Shown here piece after piece: positions 9,321 to 17,621 of a DNA stretch of 64,000 bases. The notes under the pieces are model-generated. The model did no database searches, was not told the DNA's origin, and saw only the letters and a program-made list of their open reading frames with translations. Numbering within the stretch: position 1 is the first letter of the stretch; every line of letters begins with the position of its first letter. The stretch is from Candidatus Saccharimonadales bacterium (lineage in GTDB: Bacteria; Patescibacteriota; Saccharimonadia; Saccharimonadales; 2-12-FULL-41-12): NCBI GenBank assembly GCA_051005235.1, contig JBPCJO010000045.1, positions 1,024-65,023 of the forward strand. The letters run 5' to 3'. Position numbers and translations under genes: made by a program.

Positions 9321-9395
9321 TGGTAGCGGGGGCAGGACTCGAACCTGCGACCTTGTGGTTATGAGCCACACGAGCTGCCACTGCTCTACCCCGCG
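9321..9395 (-). tRNA. tRNA-Met (CAU), initiator type
   Basis: Hand-folded cloverleaf of CGCGGGGTAGAGCAGTGGCAGCTCGTGTGGCTCATAACCACAAGGTCGCAGGTTCGAGTCCTGCCCCCGCTACCA. It has a 1:72 mismatch (C1xU72), A11:U24, an acceptor stem nearly identical to E. coli tRNA-fMet, and an encoded CCA. Confidence 0.85.
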
Positions 9396-9456
9396 ATGAT
9401 ACTTTTATGAATAAAGCAGTTTATACCATAGCAGACAGGGGTGAGATTGTCAATAA

Positions 9457-10407
9457 TTAGGCCGGTACGGCAACGTTTAGCTCACTATCTAGGAACTCGT
9501 GGTAGAATTTTAGCTCTTTTTGGCACTGGTCGCGCGAAGCAATAACTTTATGGTGTCGGGCATTTAGATACTTGCCAACAAATGAGATAGAACTCAGCCA
9601 GTTCGCGCTGCGTTGTCGGGTTGAGCGCGCTCTGTATAGCCTGGATGTTTCGGCACGGTGGGCGGCTTTTATGGCGGTGCTCCCCAGGTCTAAGTTGATT
9701 GTGGCTGTATCGATAATTTCATGTGTCAGTTCGTCGAAAACCTGGCGTTTCTTATCTAAATTTTTAGGCCCGTAGTGGGCGCTCCAATGCTTGTCTCCGT
9801 TTCTTTTGGCCTCGCGGTAGAGTGGTATTAGTACAGTATTACGAACGGTTATGAAATCGTTTTCTAGCTCGTTTAGGCCGAGTACTTTGCCTACAAGGGC
9901 ATGCCCGGCCGATCGCCCAACTCTTGCTTCTACGCACATAGCGTCAGGGTTGTTCTCGTTTGACCGCCTAGTTTTTGCCATAACGTGCTTGGCTAGGTCT
10001 GACGCGCTTCTGGCCACGATGTGAAACTCGTGGGCGGGAAATACGACGCCAATTCCCCTTGCAGTACCGGCCGACCGAACTTTGACAAGTTGTTCGGTAG
10101 AAGGATCCCGAAAGCGCGGATCGCGCGGATGGATATATAATCCTGAACGAAGAGTCTCGGGCTGGCTGTTGAAGAAGTTTTCGGGACCAACTTGAAGCAG
10201 AGTATCTTGAGTTGTGGTAACCGAATCGTTAGGCCCGAACTGTTCGCCGTAACGGCTAGCCAGTTTCATTAGGGTGATGCGGCTTTGAGCTGATGGAAGC
10301 TGTAGTGATTCTAGCTCATTGGTAACTCGTCCGTGTACAGCATCAAGTTCTGCCACGACGGGGTAGAGAGCCAGCGGTTCTTGGCTGTATTGGGGAACCT
10401 TGGGCAT
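9457..10407 (-). CDS. Hypothetical protein (316 aa)
   Basis: Long ORF with no motif I recognise. Its start overlaps the upstream gene's stop (TAATG). Confidence 0.6.
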   Translation of the reverse strand: MPKVPQYSQEPLALYPVVAELDAVHGRVTNELESLQLPSAQSRITLMKLASRYGEQFGPNDSVTTTQDTLLQVGPENFFNSQPETLRSGLYIHPRDPRFRDPSTEQLVKVRSAGTARGIGVVFPAHEFHIVARSASDLAKHVMAKTRRSNENNPDAMCVEARVGRSAGHALVGKVLGLNELENDFITVRNTVLIPLYREAKRNGDKHWSAHYGPKNLDKKRQVFDELTHEIIDTATINLDLGSTAIKAAHRAETSRLYRARSTRQRSANWLSSISFVGKYLNARHHKVIASRDQCQKELKFYHEFLDSELNVAVPA

Positions 10408-10727
10408 TATTTACCGCGGATTTCCCGTGCGATATGTTCTGGCGGCCCGTCGGCTATTCTTAGTTCGGCCGCGCTGTAGCCTTTGCGGCTTCTTTGCCAA
10501 CTGTAAGGTTTTTTAGGTTTATGAACGGTGTTAGCTAGCGCAGTTTTGGCAATAGACTGGGTAGTTTCCACGCCCGCAATTCGGCGCGCTTCGGTGTAAT
10601 TAAAGCCACTATCTACCAAGGTGTCTAATCGTTCATCCTGTTCGGTAGTAAGGCCTGGAGTTTGCAAATCAATAGAGTCAACAGCTTCTTGGATTGGCAA
10701 ACCGAGTTGTTCGTTAGATTTAACCAT
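10407..10727 (-). CDS. Hypothetical protein (106 aa)
   Basis: ORF translationally coupled to the 316-aa gene. No recognisable domain. Confidence 0.55.
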   Translation of the reverse strand: MVKSNEQLGLPIQEAVDSIDLQTPGLTTEQDERLDTLVDSGFNYTEARRIAGVETTQSIAKTALANTVHKPKKPYSWQRSRKGYSAAELRIADGPPEHIAREIRGK

Positions 10728-10783
10728 ACTTATATTATATCACATATGTCAATGTTAGGGAAATCAGCTATAATAAGCACCAT

Positions 10784-11557
10784 ATGACCCTAAACTACAC
10801 CGATACCGGCGCCGGCCAGCCCATAGTGCTGCTGCATGGCATGGCAGCATCTTTGCGTTATTGGGATAGTTATATAGAAGAGCTGTCGGCTACTAACCGA
10901 GTGATTGCCATAGACCTTATGGGGTTTGGCCGCTCCGCGCAGTCGGCCACTGGTGACTATTCGCCAAAAAGCCACGCGGCGGCTGTTAAAGAAACCCTCG
11001 AAACACTGCATATTAACGTGCCTATTACTCTGGTTGGCCATTCTATGGGGTCGTTGATCGCGCTTACATACGCGAGGCTGTTTCCGCTGGACGTTACAAA
11101 ACTACTGCTGGTAAGTATGCCAATTTATGCCAACGCCATCGAAGCGAAGCAAGAGATAACCCAGTCAAAATTTCGGTTGCGGTTTACGTATTACGGGCTT
11201 AGTTCGCGGATTCTTTGTAACGTGTGGTGCTACTCGCTGCGGCCAGTCAGTAAGAAAGTCGCGCCATATTATCTTAAAAAATGGCCTCGGCCTGTGGCAA
11301 CAGACTCGGTGTTGCATAGCTGGCGAGCATACTCGCAGAGCCTGAGTCGAGTTATCGAAAACCAGGCCGTCGAACAAGATTTACGAAATCTGGCGATAGC
11401 AACGACCTTGCTTTACGGCGACAAAGAAAGCCCAGTTGTTTTGCGTAATGCGCACTTACTCGCGAGGTTACCTAAAAATGTGAAGACGCTTATTTTACAA
11501 GGAACTCATAACCTACCGCTCGAAAAGCAGACGGAAATAGTGCGGTTGATCGGCTAA
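10784..11557 (+). CDS. Alpha/beta hydrolase
   Basis: 257 aa. HG oxyanion region LLHGMAAS and nucleophile elbow GHSMGS. Confidence 0.8.
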   Translation: MTLNYTDTGAGQPIVLLHGMAASLRYWDSYIEELSATNRVIAIDLMGFGRSAQSATGDYSPKSHAAAVKETLETLHINVPITLVGHSMGSLIALTYARLFPLDVTKLLLVSMPIYANAIEAKQEITQSKFRLRFTYYGLSSRILCNVWCYSLRPVSKKVAPYYLKKWPRPVATDSVLHSWRAYSQSLSRVIENQAVEQDLRNLAIATTLLYGDKESPVVLRNAHLLARLPKNVKTLILQGTHNLPLEKQTEIVRLIG

Positions 11558-11560
11558 AAA

Positions 11561-12034
11561 TTATAAAGTCTGGTCGAGCTGAGCTTTATATTTTTCAAAA
11601 AACGGTGCTTGCTGCGAATGCAGCGGGCTGGGCAGCGTGTCTCGCGTGAACCAACCGGAGTCGTCGCACATCTCTGTTTCGTTGATCTTTACTTCGGCGG
11701 GGTCAACCAGCACAGCAAAATCCAGCCCCACCCAATGGGTTTTGGTGCCGTCGGGCAGCTCCCGAAAAACGTCGCGGTAGCCGAGCAGTTCGGACTTTAT
11801 TGCGGTGGCGTTATACTCTTCTTTAAGCTCGCGCAGCATATTGGCTTCGGCCGTCTGGCCAAACTTGAGTCCGCCACCACCTATTTCCCAGCGGCCTTGC
11901 TCGTCGCGGGTATTTTGGCTGCGTTTACCCATAAAAAAACGGCCCTCGGCGTCGTAGGTGAAAAAGCAGGTCGTTACACCAACAAAGCTAACACCTTTAT
12001 GGAGTCGTAAGATTTCTTCGGAAAGAGTTTGCAT
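11561..12034 (-). CDS. NUDIX hydrolase
   Basis: Nudix box GGGGLKFGQTAEANMLRELKEEYN (G-x5-E-x7-REUxEE). Confidence 0.8.
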   Translation of the reverse strand: MQTLSEEILRLHKGVSFVGVTTCFFTYDAEGRFFMGKRSQNTRDEQGRWEIGGGGLKFGQTAEANMLRELKEEYNATAIKSELLGYRDVFRELPDGTKTHWVGLDFAVLVDPAEVKINETEMCDDSGWFTRDTLPSPLHSQQAPFFEKYKAQLDQTL

Positions 12035-12120
12035 GGTTTTTAGTATAGCTTTTAGGCTCTATTTAAAACAATAAAAAAAGACCCCCGTTGCCGGAGGCCT
12101 TTATAACTAAGTGGTAAGAA

Positions 12121-12438
12121 TTACCAGCTTCGTTTTTGAACGGGGCCTTTGTTGCCATCGAAGTTGCGTCGGGGGAATCCACCGTCGCGCTTTTCGAGGG
12201 GACGAGCTTCGTTTACACGAATCGTGCGTCCACCAAGGTCAGTTTCGTTCATAGCGGCTTCAGCTGCTTTACCTTCGTCATCGTTTTCGAATTCGACGAA
12301 GCCAAAACCTTTACTGCGGCCAGTTTCGCGATCCATGATAACCTTAGCGCTAGCTACGGTACCATGTGCAGCAAAGGCTGCTGCCAACTCTTCATCAGTA
12401 GTTGTGAAGGGAAGACCACCTACATATAACTTGTACAT
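12121..12438 (-). CDS. RRM-type RNA-binding protein
   Basis: 105 aa. RNP-2 LYVGGL and RNP-1 KGFGFVEF. Confidence 0.85.
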   Translation of the reverse strand: MYKLYVGGLPFTTTDEELAAAFAAHGTVASAKVIMDRETGRSKGFGFVEFENDDEGKAAEAAMNETDLGGRTIRVNEARPLEKRDGGFPRRNFDGNKGPVQKRSW

Positions 12439-12628
12439 ATTTTGAAAGTTTCCTTTATTTATAGTAAGACAATCGACCAGGATACTTACTTATTCTAATC
12501 AGGTTCACTCGAGTAGCCTTACTAACAAAAGAAAAACGTAACTTTCGAACCAAGAACAATTAAGATCTTGCAAATGTAGTTAAACACAGTTATTATAGAT
12601 AGGTCAAGCACTAACATTATTGAAACTA

Positions 12629-12656
12629 TTGACAAAATCACAGATTTATGTATAAT
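12629..12656 (+). promoter_or_regulatory. Sigma70-like promoter of the mini-gene
   Basis: TTGACA (12629..12634), a 16-nt spacer, then TATAAT (12651..12656). Confidence 0.6.
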
Positions 12657-12723
12657 AGTACTTGTTAGTCGACTAAAACAAACACATTCAAAAACTAAAA
12701 ATTTAAGAGGAGAACCATTTACT

Positions 12724-12810
12724 ATGGGATCAGCCGGTATTGGCTACGAGTTTACGCAAACTACAGATAAAAGCATCTCAAAATTTGACGCTATTTTACA
12801 AAGTCTGTAA
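12724..12810 (+). CDS. 28-codon small ORF (MGSAGIGYEFTQTTDKSISKFDAILQSL)
   Basis: Consensus promoter, AAGAGGAG Shine-Dalgarno 8 nt upstream of the ATG, and a strong terminator downstream. Too short for the ORF track. Coding status unproven. Confidence 0.35.
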   Translation: MGSAGIGYEFTQTTDKSISKFDAILQSL

Positions 12811-12856
12811 CTCAAATATACGTTTCTAAAACGTAGCTAAAAACAAAAACACTAAA

Positions 12857-12888
12857 ATACCCGGAGCGCTCCGGGTATTTTGCTTTTT
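12857..12888 (+). terminator. Intrinsic terminator
   Basis: ATACCCGGAGC/GCTCCGGGTAT is a perfect palindromic stem, followed by TTTTGCTTTTT. Confidence 0.75.
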
Positions 12889-12981
12889 GGTCGTTGCTGG
12901 CTTTTTAGTATTTACGATGCCTTTAACTCAAGAATAATTCAAATTAGTTGACTTAATCAAGTATAATATAGTAGTAAATAT

Positions 12982-13398
12982 ATGAAACACTCTACAGAAA
13001 TATATCGAAAGCTTATGCTCCTAATGGTGCACTCTAAGCGGCACATGCACGTGGTAATCGAAAAGTGGGAACTGACGCCGGTGCAAGCTATGCTGTTAAT
13101 AGTGTTTAAACCAGACCAGAGTAAGACCATGCAGGAGTTGTCTGTCGTGATGGGCTGCGACGCCTCGAATATCACCGGCCTGATAGATCGCCTCGAAACC
13201 CAGGGTTTGATGCAGCGTACCGTTGACCCGCAAGATAGGCGGGTAAAAATGATCCAGCTCAGCGAAAAGGGCTGCGAATGCCGCTCTTTAGTGCTAAAAG
13301 GGCTGCGCGACGCCGAAGTATGCGATATGCAAAAATTGTCGGCCGACGAAGTCAGCTCACTGTCGCGAATTATCGACAAATTACTGCAGTCCAAGTAA
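12982..13398 (+). CDS. MarR family transcriptional regulator
   Basis: 138 aa. The winged-HTH segment TMQELSVVMGCDASNITGLIDRLETQGLMQRTVDPQDRRV is typical of MarR. Confidence 0.85.
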   Translation: MKHSTEIYRKLMLLMVHSKRHMHVVIEKWELTPVQAMLLIVFKPDQSKTMQELSVVMGCDASNITGLIDRLETQGLMQRTVDPQDRRVKMIQLSEKGCECRSLVLKGLRDAEVCDMQKLSADEVSSLSRIIDKLLQSK

Positions 13399-13410
13399 GC
13401 TAAAGTTACG

Positions 13411-13941
13411 ATGCCGCACCTCCATACCGAACCAGGCCAGCATGACCACACGATCAGCGGTTTTATCGTGCGGACTGACTTGCCAGAACCTAAACTTATA
13501 CTACATAAACATAAAAAGCTCGGCCGCTACATTCAGTTTGGTGGCCATATTGAGCTTCACGAGACTCCCTGGCAGGCAATTACGCACGAACTGCGTGAAG
13601 AATCCGGTTACACAATGCCACAACTGTCTTTATTGCAACCAAAACAGCGAATTACTTCATTAACAGGAGTTAAACTGCACCCGGTAGCGATATATCATAA
13701 CACTCATAATTTTGACGAGGTTCATTTTCACACCGATCTGGGCTATGCATTCATAACAGATGAAGAACCCATCATGGCAGTCGAAGGGAATGAGTCCAAC
13801 GATATGTTATTAGTCTCGCGCCACGAACTAGTGGCCTTGCCAGCCGATCAAACGTTTGAATCGGTGAGAGAGGCGGGCTTATTTATCTTTGATGTGTGTC
13901 TGAGCGAGTGGGAAGTGGCCAACCTGGCCAATTTTGCGTAA
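13411..13941 (+). CDS. NUDIX hydrolase
   Basis: Nudix box GGHIELHETPWQAITHELREESGY. Confidence 0.75.
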   Translation: MPHLHTEPGQHDHTISGFIVRTDLPEPKLILHKHKKLGRYIQFGGHIELHETPWQAITHELREESGYTMPQLSLLQPKQRITSLTGVKLHPVAIYHNTHNFDEVHFHTDLGYAFITDEEPIMAVEGNESNDMLLVSRHELVALPADQTFESVREAGLFIFDVCLSEWEVANLANFA

Positions 13942-13979
13942 CCCTGATGCGAAAAATCGTATATAATGCGTATATATAA

Positions 13980-15320
13980 ATGATAGAAATACTGCTGATA
14001 GTAATTGGATTGTTACTTGTTCTGGCTTGTGGAGTGTTTGTAGCGGCTGAATTTGCGTTTGTAACGGTTAACCGGGCGCGCATTGAGCGCATGGCAGAAG
14101 CGGGCGATGTGGGTGCCACGGGCGTCCGAGAGGGCTTACGGACGCTCTCGACGCAATTATCGGGGGCTCAGGTCGGCATTACCATCACCAACCTGGCAAT
14201 CGGGTTTTTGGCAGAGCCAGCTGTTGCCGAGTTATTACGGGGTCCGCTGGGCTCGCTTGGCCTCAACGGCGCGGCCATTACCACGGTAGCTTTGGTGCTG
14301 GCTATTTCGGTGGCTACTATTGTAACGATGCTATTTGGCGAACTGGTGCCAAAGAACCTGGCAATTGCCCACCCTATCGGTACCGCCAAAGCAATCCAAC
14401 GCCCTATGCGGCTGTTTAGTAACTTGATGCGTTGGCCAATTATGGTGATGAATGGCACGGCCAATCGGATACTCCGGCAACTCGACATCGAGCCGCGTGA
14501 GGAGTTAGCCTCGGCCCGTTCGGTCGAAGAACTGTTGTCGGTCGTCAAGCACTCCGCGAAACGCGGTACCTTAACCAAAGACACGGCGATTTTAGTGGAG
14601 CGCTCGCTTGAGTTTAGCGACCGGCATGCCTCTGACGTTATGACGCCGCGCGTTAAGTTAGAGACGGTCGACCAAAGTCAGCCGGTGAGCCAAGTTATTT
14701 TGGCTGCCAAACGGTCGGGCTTTTCGCGCTTTCCGGTAATTGATAAAGAAATTGATAATATTGTTGGCATAACCAGTGTTAAAAAAGCGGTAACCGTGCC
14801 GTTTGAAGAGCGCGGTGATGTTCCCATCGAGACAATTATGGTGCCGGTGATTTTTGTGCCCTCAAGCATGGAGTTAGACGACCTGATCGAAAAAATGCGT
14901 GATGAATCGGTCGAGGTAGTCGTCGCGATTGACGAGTTTGGCGGCGTAGATGGGATTGTCGCGCTGGAAGACCTTATCGAAGAGCTCGTTGGCGAAGTAA
15001 TCGACGAACACGACGAGAGCGGTATGGCCATTAAGAAGTTAAGGCGCAATGTTTGGTCGGTGTCTGGGCTGTTGCGCTCGGACGAGGTAGGCCAAGTAAC
15101 CGGCTTAATATTACCAGAAGACGAAGAGTACGAAACAATCGGCGGCTTAGTGTTTGACCAGCTCGACGAGGTACCCGATGTCGGCGACCACGTGACAGTT
15201 ATGGCACTAACGCGTGATGGCACAGAACGCCTAGTCCAGCTGCGGGTGTTGGCCATGGACGGCCGCCGGATTGACCGGCTTGAGTTGTCGATTGTCCGCC
15301 AGAAGGGTGACCAGTCATGA
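13980..15320 (+). CDS. CNNM/CorC-type transporter (DUF21 + CBS pair + CorC_HlyC)
   Basis: 446 aa. The four-TM DUF21 N-terminus contains FGELVPK, followed by a CBS pair and a C-terminal CorC-like domain. Confidence 0.8.
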   Translation: MIEILLIVIGLLLVLACGVFVAAEFAFVTVNRARIERMAEAGDVGATGVREGLRTLSTQLSGAQVGITITNLAIGFLAEPAVAELLRGPLGSLGLNGAAITTVALVLAISVATIVTMLFGELVPKNLAIAHPIGTAKAIQRPMRLFSNLMRWPIMVMNGTANRILRQLDIEPREELASARSVEELLSVVKHSAKRGTLTKDTAILVERSLEFSDRHASDVMTPRVKLETVDQSQPVSQVILAAKRSGFSRFPVIDKEIDNIVGITSVKKAVTVPFEERGDVPIETIMVPVIFVPSSMELDDLIEKMRDESVEVVVAIDEFGGVDGIVALEDLIEELVGEVIDEHDESGMAIKKLRRNVWSVSGLLRSDEVGQVTGLILPEDEEYETIGGLVFDQLDEVPDVGDHVTVMALTRDGTERLVQLRVLAMDGRRIDRLELSIVRQKGDQS

Positions 15321-16339
15321 GTGTAGAAATCGGCTTACTGCTAGCACTTGGCTTATTACTGGCTAATGCGTTCTTTGTAGGCGCGGAGTTTAGCCTGGTC
15401 TCGGTTCGCCGCAGCACGATTGAGCCAATGGCAGCTACGGGCTCTAAGCCAGCACTGATCACCCTTCGGGCTCTCGAGAACGTGTCGCTACTGATGGCCG
15501 GTGCCCAATTGGGTATTACCCTGTGCTCTCTCGGCTTAGGCGCAGTGGCCGAACCGACTTTGGCGCATCTGCTAGAAGGCCCGTTCCACGCTATCCCCCT
15601 TCAGTCTGAATTCCTGCACCCAATTTCGTTTGCAATTGCTTTACTCATTACTGTATTTCTTCATGTCGTCATTGGCGAAATGGTACCAAAGAATATCGCT
15701 CTGGCTCGGCCAGAACGAACTGCGCTTTTGCTGGCGCCAAAGCTAGTATTTGTGGTTACGCTGTTAAGGCCGCTGATTGCCCTTTTGAACCTGCTCAGTA
15801 ACGGTATTTTGCGGTTAGCCGGCGTGCGTGCCCGAACCGAAGTAGTCAGTACCTATACCCGTGACGAGATGGCTGATTTGGTAAAAGAATCGCGCCGCGG
15901 CGGCTACTTGAGCGAAGACAACGAGTTCTTACTAAGTGGCGCGCTGACGTTCGATACACAGACTGTCCACGACATAGTCATTCCACTTGCAGATGTCGTC
16001 AGCGTTGACGCAAACGCCACCTACGGCACCATCGAAGATTTGTCGGTGCGCACCGGATTTTCGCGCTTCCCGGTAAAGAATAAGAAGAACAAACTTATTG
16101 GCTATGTCCACATTAAAGATAGTATTCAAAGCGACGATCAACTGCGCCGCAAACAGCTTGGTAAACACAATATCCGAAAGCTTATCTCTATACCGTCCGG
16201 CCAGTCGATTCGCATGACGCTCAAAGTCATGCAACGCAGTGGCGCCCACGTCGCCATCGTCTGCGAAGGCAAGACCATGGTTGGCCTGGTGACACTCAAC
16301 GACGTACTCGAAGAGTTAGTCGGCGAGATTAGCAACTAA
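15317..16339 (+). CDS. CNNM-like DUF21 + CBS protein (no CorC_HlyC domain)
   Basis: 340 aa. Paralogous to the upstream gene (IGEMVPKNIA) with a 4-nt overlap. Confidence 0.75.
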   Translation: MSVEIGLLLALGLLLANAFFVGAEFSLVSVRRSTIEPMAATGSKPALITLRALENVSLLMAGAQLGITLCSLGLGAVAEPTLAHLLEGPFHAIPLQSEFLHPISFAIALLITVFLHVVIGEMVPKNIALARPERTALLLAPKLVFVVTLLRPLIALLNLLSNGILRLAGVRARTEVVSTYTRDEMADLVKESRRGGYLSEDNEFLLSGALTFDTQTVHDIVIPLADVVSVDANATYGTIEDLSVRTGFSRFPVKNKKNKLIGYVHIKDSIQSDDQLRRKQLGKHNIRKLISIPSGQSIRMTLKVMQRSGAHVAIVCEGKTMVGLVTLNDVLEELVGEISN

Positions 16340-16983
16340 TTGCGAGTAAAACAGATGTGTGGGTTTTTAGAATTATCTGCATCATTTTTCTTACAACTAA
16401 ATTGAATGAGTGACCGGCTGTCTTTTTTTGGAGCTGGCGGCGCGGGGGCGAGGCTACCCACCGCAGTTATCTCTGCTGTCGGTTGGGTAATAACTTCTTC
16501 GGCTTTTAGTTCGCGCGATACCTCTGTGTCACGGTGATAAGTTACTAAATAAGTAAGCTGTTTTTGACCATTTTTACCGGCTTGCGTAAGCTTGGTCTGG
16601 CCAACTGGTAGTGACGGGTCAGCTTGTTGCTTGGCGGTATAGGCGACCGATTCTACTACATTAACTTCCTCGGTTTTTATGGTCTCTTGGGTAGTATTTT
16701 GTGTTTCACGGATAGAGTCTAGCGCTCGCACTGCTTGGTTTGTATCTCGCGACACATATGAGTTATCAACCGGCTGCGTCGCCAAAAAGACGGTACCGCT
16801 GAGCAAGCCTATAAAGACGCCGGCAGTGACAATATATTTTCTTTCGCTAAATTCCCGGAATATTTTTTTGACGAGCTGTGGCTTAAAGAGCCCTACAATC
16901 ACAATAACCAAGATAATAGCAAGTAATACGATGCTTGTTCCATGCACCATATTACGAACGGTATCAATTGTGTTTGTATCCAT
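16336..16983 (-). CDS. Membrane-anchored G5-domain protein
   Basis: 215 aa. N-terminal TM. The C-terminal segment PVGQTKLTQAGKNGQKQLTYLVTYHRDTEVSRELKAEEVITQPTAEITAVGS is G5-like. Confidence 0.5.
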   Translation of the reverse strand: MDTNTIDTVRNMVHGTSIVLLAIILVIVIVGLFKPQLVKKIFREFSERKYIVTAGVFIGLLSGTVFLATQPVDNSYVSRDTNQAVRALDSIRETQNTTQETIKTEEVNVVESVAYTAKQQADPSLPVGQTKLTQAGKNGQKQLTYLVTYHRDTEVSRELKAEEVITQPTAEITAVGSLAPAPPAPKKDSRSLIQFSCKKNDADNSKNPHICFTRN

Positions 16984-17114
16984 TGCGAGAATAATCCTTA
17001 AATTTCGAAGCCAGGTGTGGCACCAAGTGACAGAACGACTTAAGACTATATTTAAGCAGGATTAGGGGGTGGTGGCAAATCATAAGCGGGTAGTGAATAA
17101 GGTGAGGGCATAAG

Positions 17115-17444
17115 CTACTGTTGTCTAGCCCACTCAGCTACTACAATTTTAGCTGGCTCCCATAAGGGCGAATCAGTGCGAGTATAGGGTACCTCGGTCT
17201 TTAGCTTCTCGCCTCGTACAATCATGCCTAAAACTGTCATGAGTTGGAGTTCTTTGCTGACGGTAGAATGCCCTGCAGTTGAAGAATCGTTTGCATCTTG
17301 TACATCCTCAAAGACTAACTGAGCGTTAAATCTCTGTGGTGGCTCAACGGTGTAAGCTAAAACAACTTGCAAAATAGGTAGGCTATTCTTTCGTCCAAAG
17401 TGCTCTTTTACAAAATTCTCAATGTGTATATCAGGAGTAACCAT
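17115..17444 (-). CDS. Hypothetical protein (109 aa)
   Basis: ORF only. No motif recognised. Confidence 0.4.
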   Translation of the reverse strand: MVTPDIHIENFVKEHFGRKNSLPILQVVLAYTVEPPQRFNAQLVFEDVQDANDSSTAGHSTVSKELQLMTVLGMIVRGEKLKTEVPYTRTDSPLWEPAKIVVAEWARQQ

Positions 17445-17621
17445 ACTTTATATTTAGATTAATACCTCATCCTATGCAAGCATGAGCAAAATGGTAGTAG
17501 TGCCTATGACGAAATGGAACAGTATTAAGTCTGAACTGATAACTATGTCTCAAATTGTTACCCAGTACGAAAAAGAGTATCAGCGATTAGCCTAAGCGGG
17601 TGTAGTAGAGCCAGAGGTGAG

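Noticed and set aside
9017-9326. Track ORFs 9017..9283 (-) and 9126..9326 (+), and the analogous ORFs 37815..38057 (-) and 37840..38064 (+). Their products look mutually similar (for example GQRT..F...A..K).
   Set aside because: They run through tRNA genes, terminator hairpins and the duplicated tRNA 3' ends, and they have no start signals. The peptide similarity simply reflects the nucleotide homology of the two tRNA-linked modules. I treat them as non-coding.
14678-15256. Long antisense or alternative-frame ORFs inside well-supported genes. Examples are 14678..15256 in the CNNM gene, 22748..23245 in ftsH, 31175..31702 in dnaK, 57844..58446 in rny, 34161..34571 in dnaJ and 41530..41925 in the HD gene.
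   Set aside because: These are shadow ORFs opposite to, or out of frame with, genes that carry unambiguous family motifs. Their translations are low-complexity (Ser/Arg/Pro-rich) and they lack independent expression signals.
17483-17596. A 37-codon plus-strand ORF (MSKMVVVPMTKWNSIKSELITMSQIVTQYEKEYQRLA) between two minus-strand hypothetical genes. It is vaguely antitoxin-like.
   Set aside because: It has no SD, no clear promoter and no adjacent toxin candidate on the same strand. The similarity to Phd/YefM N-termini is too weak to call.
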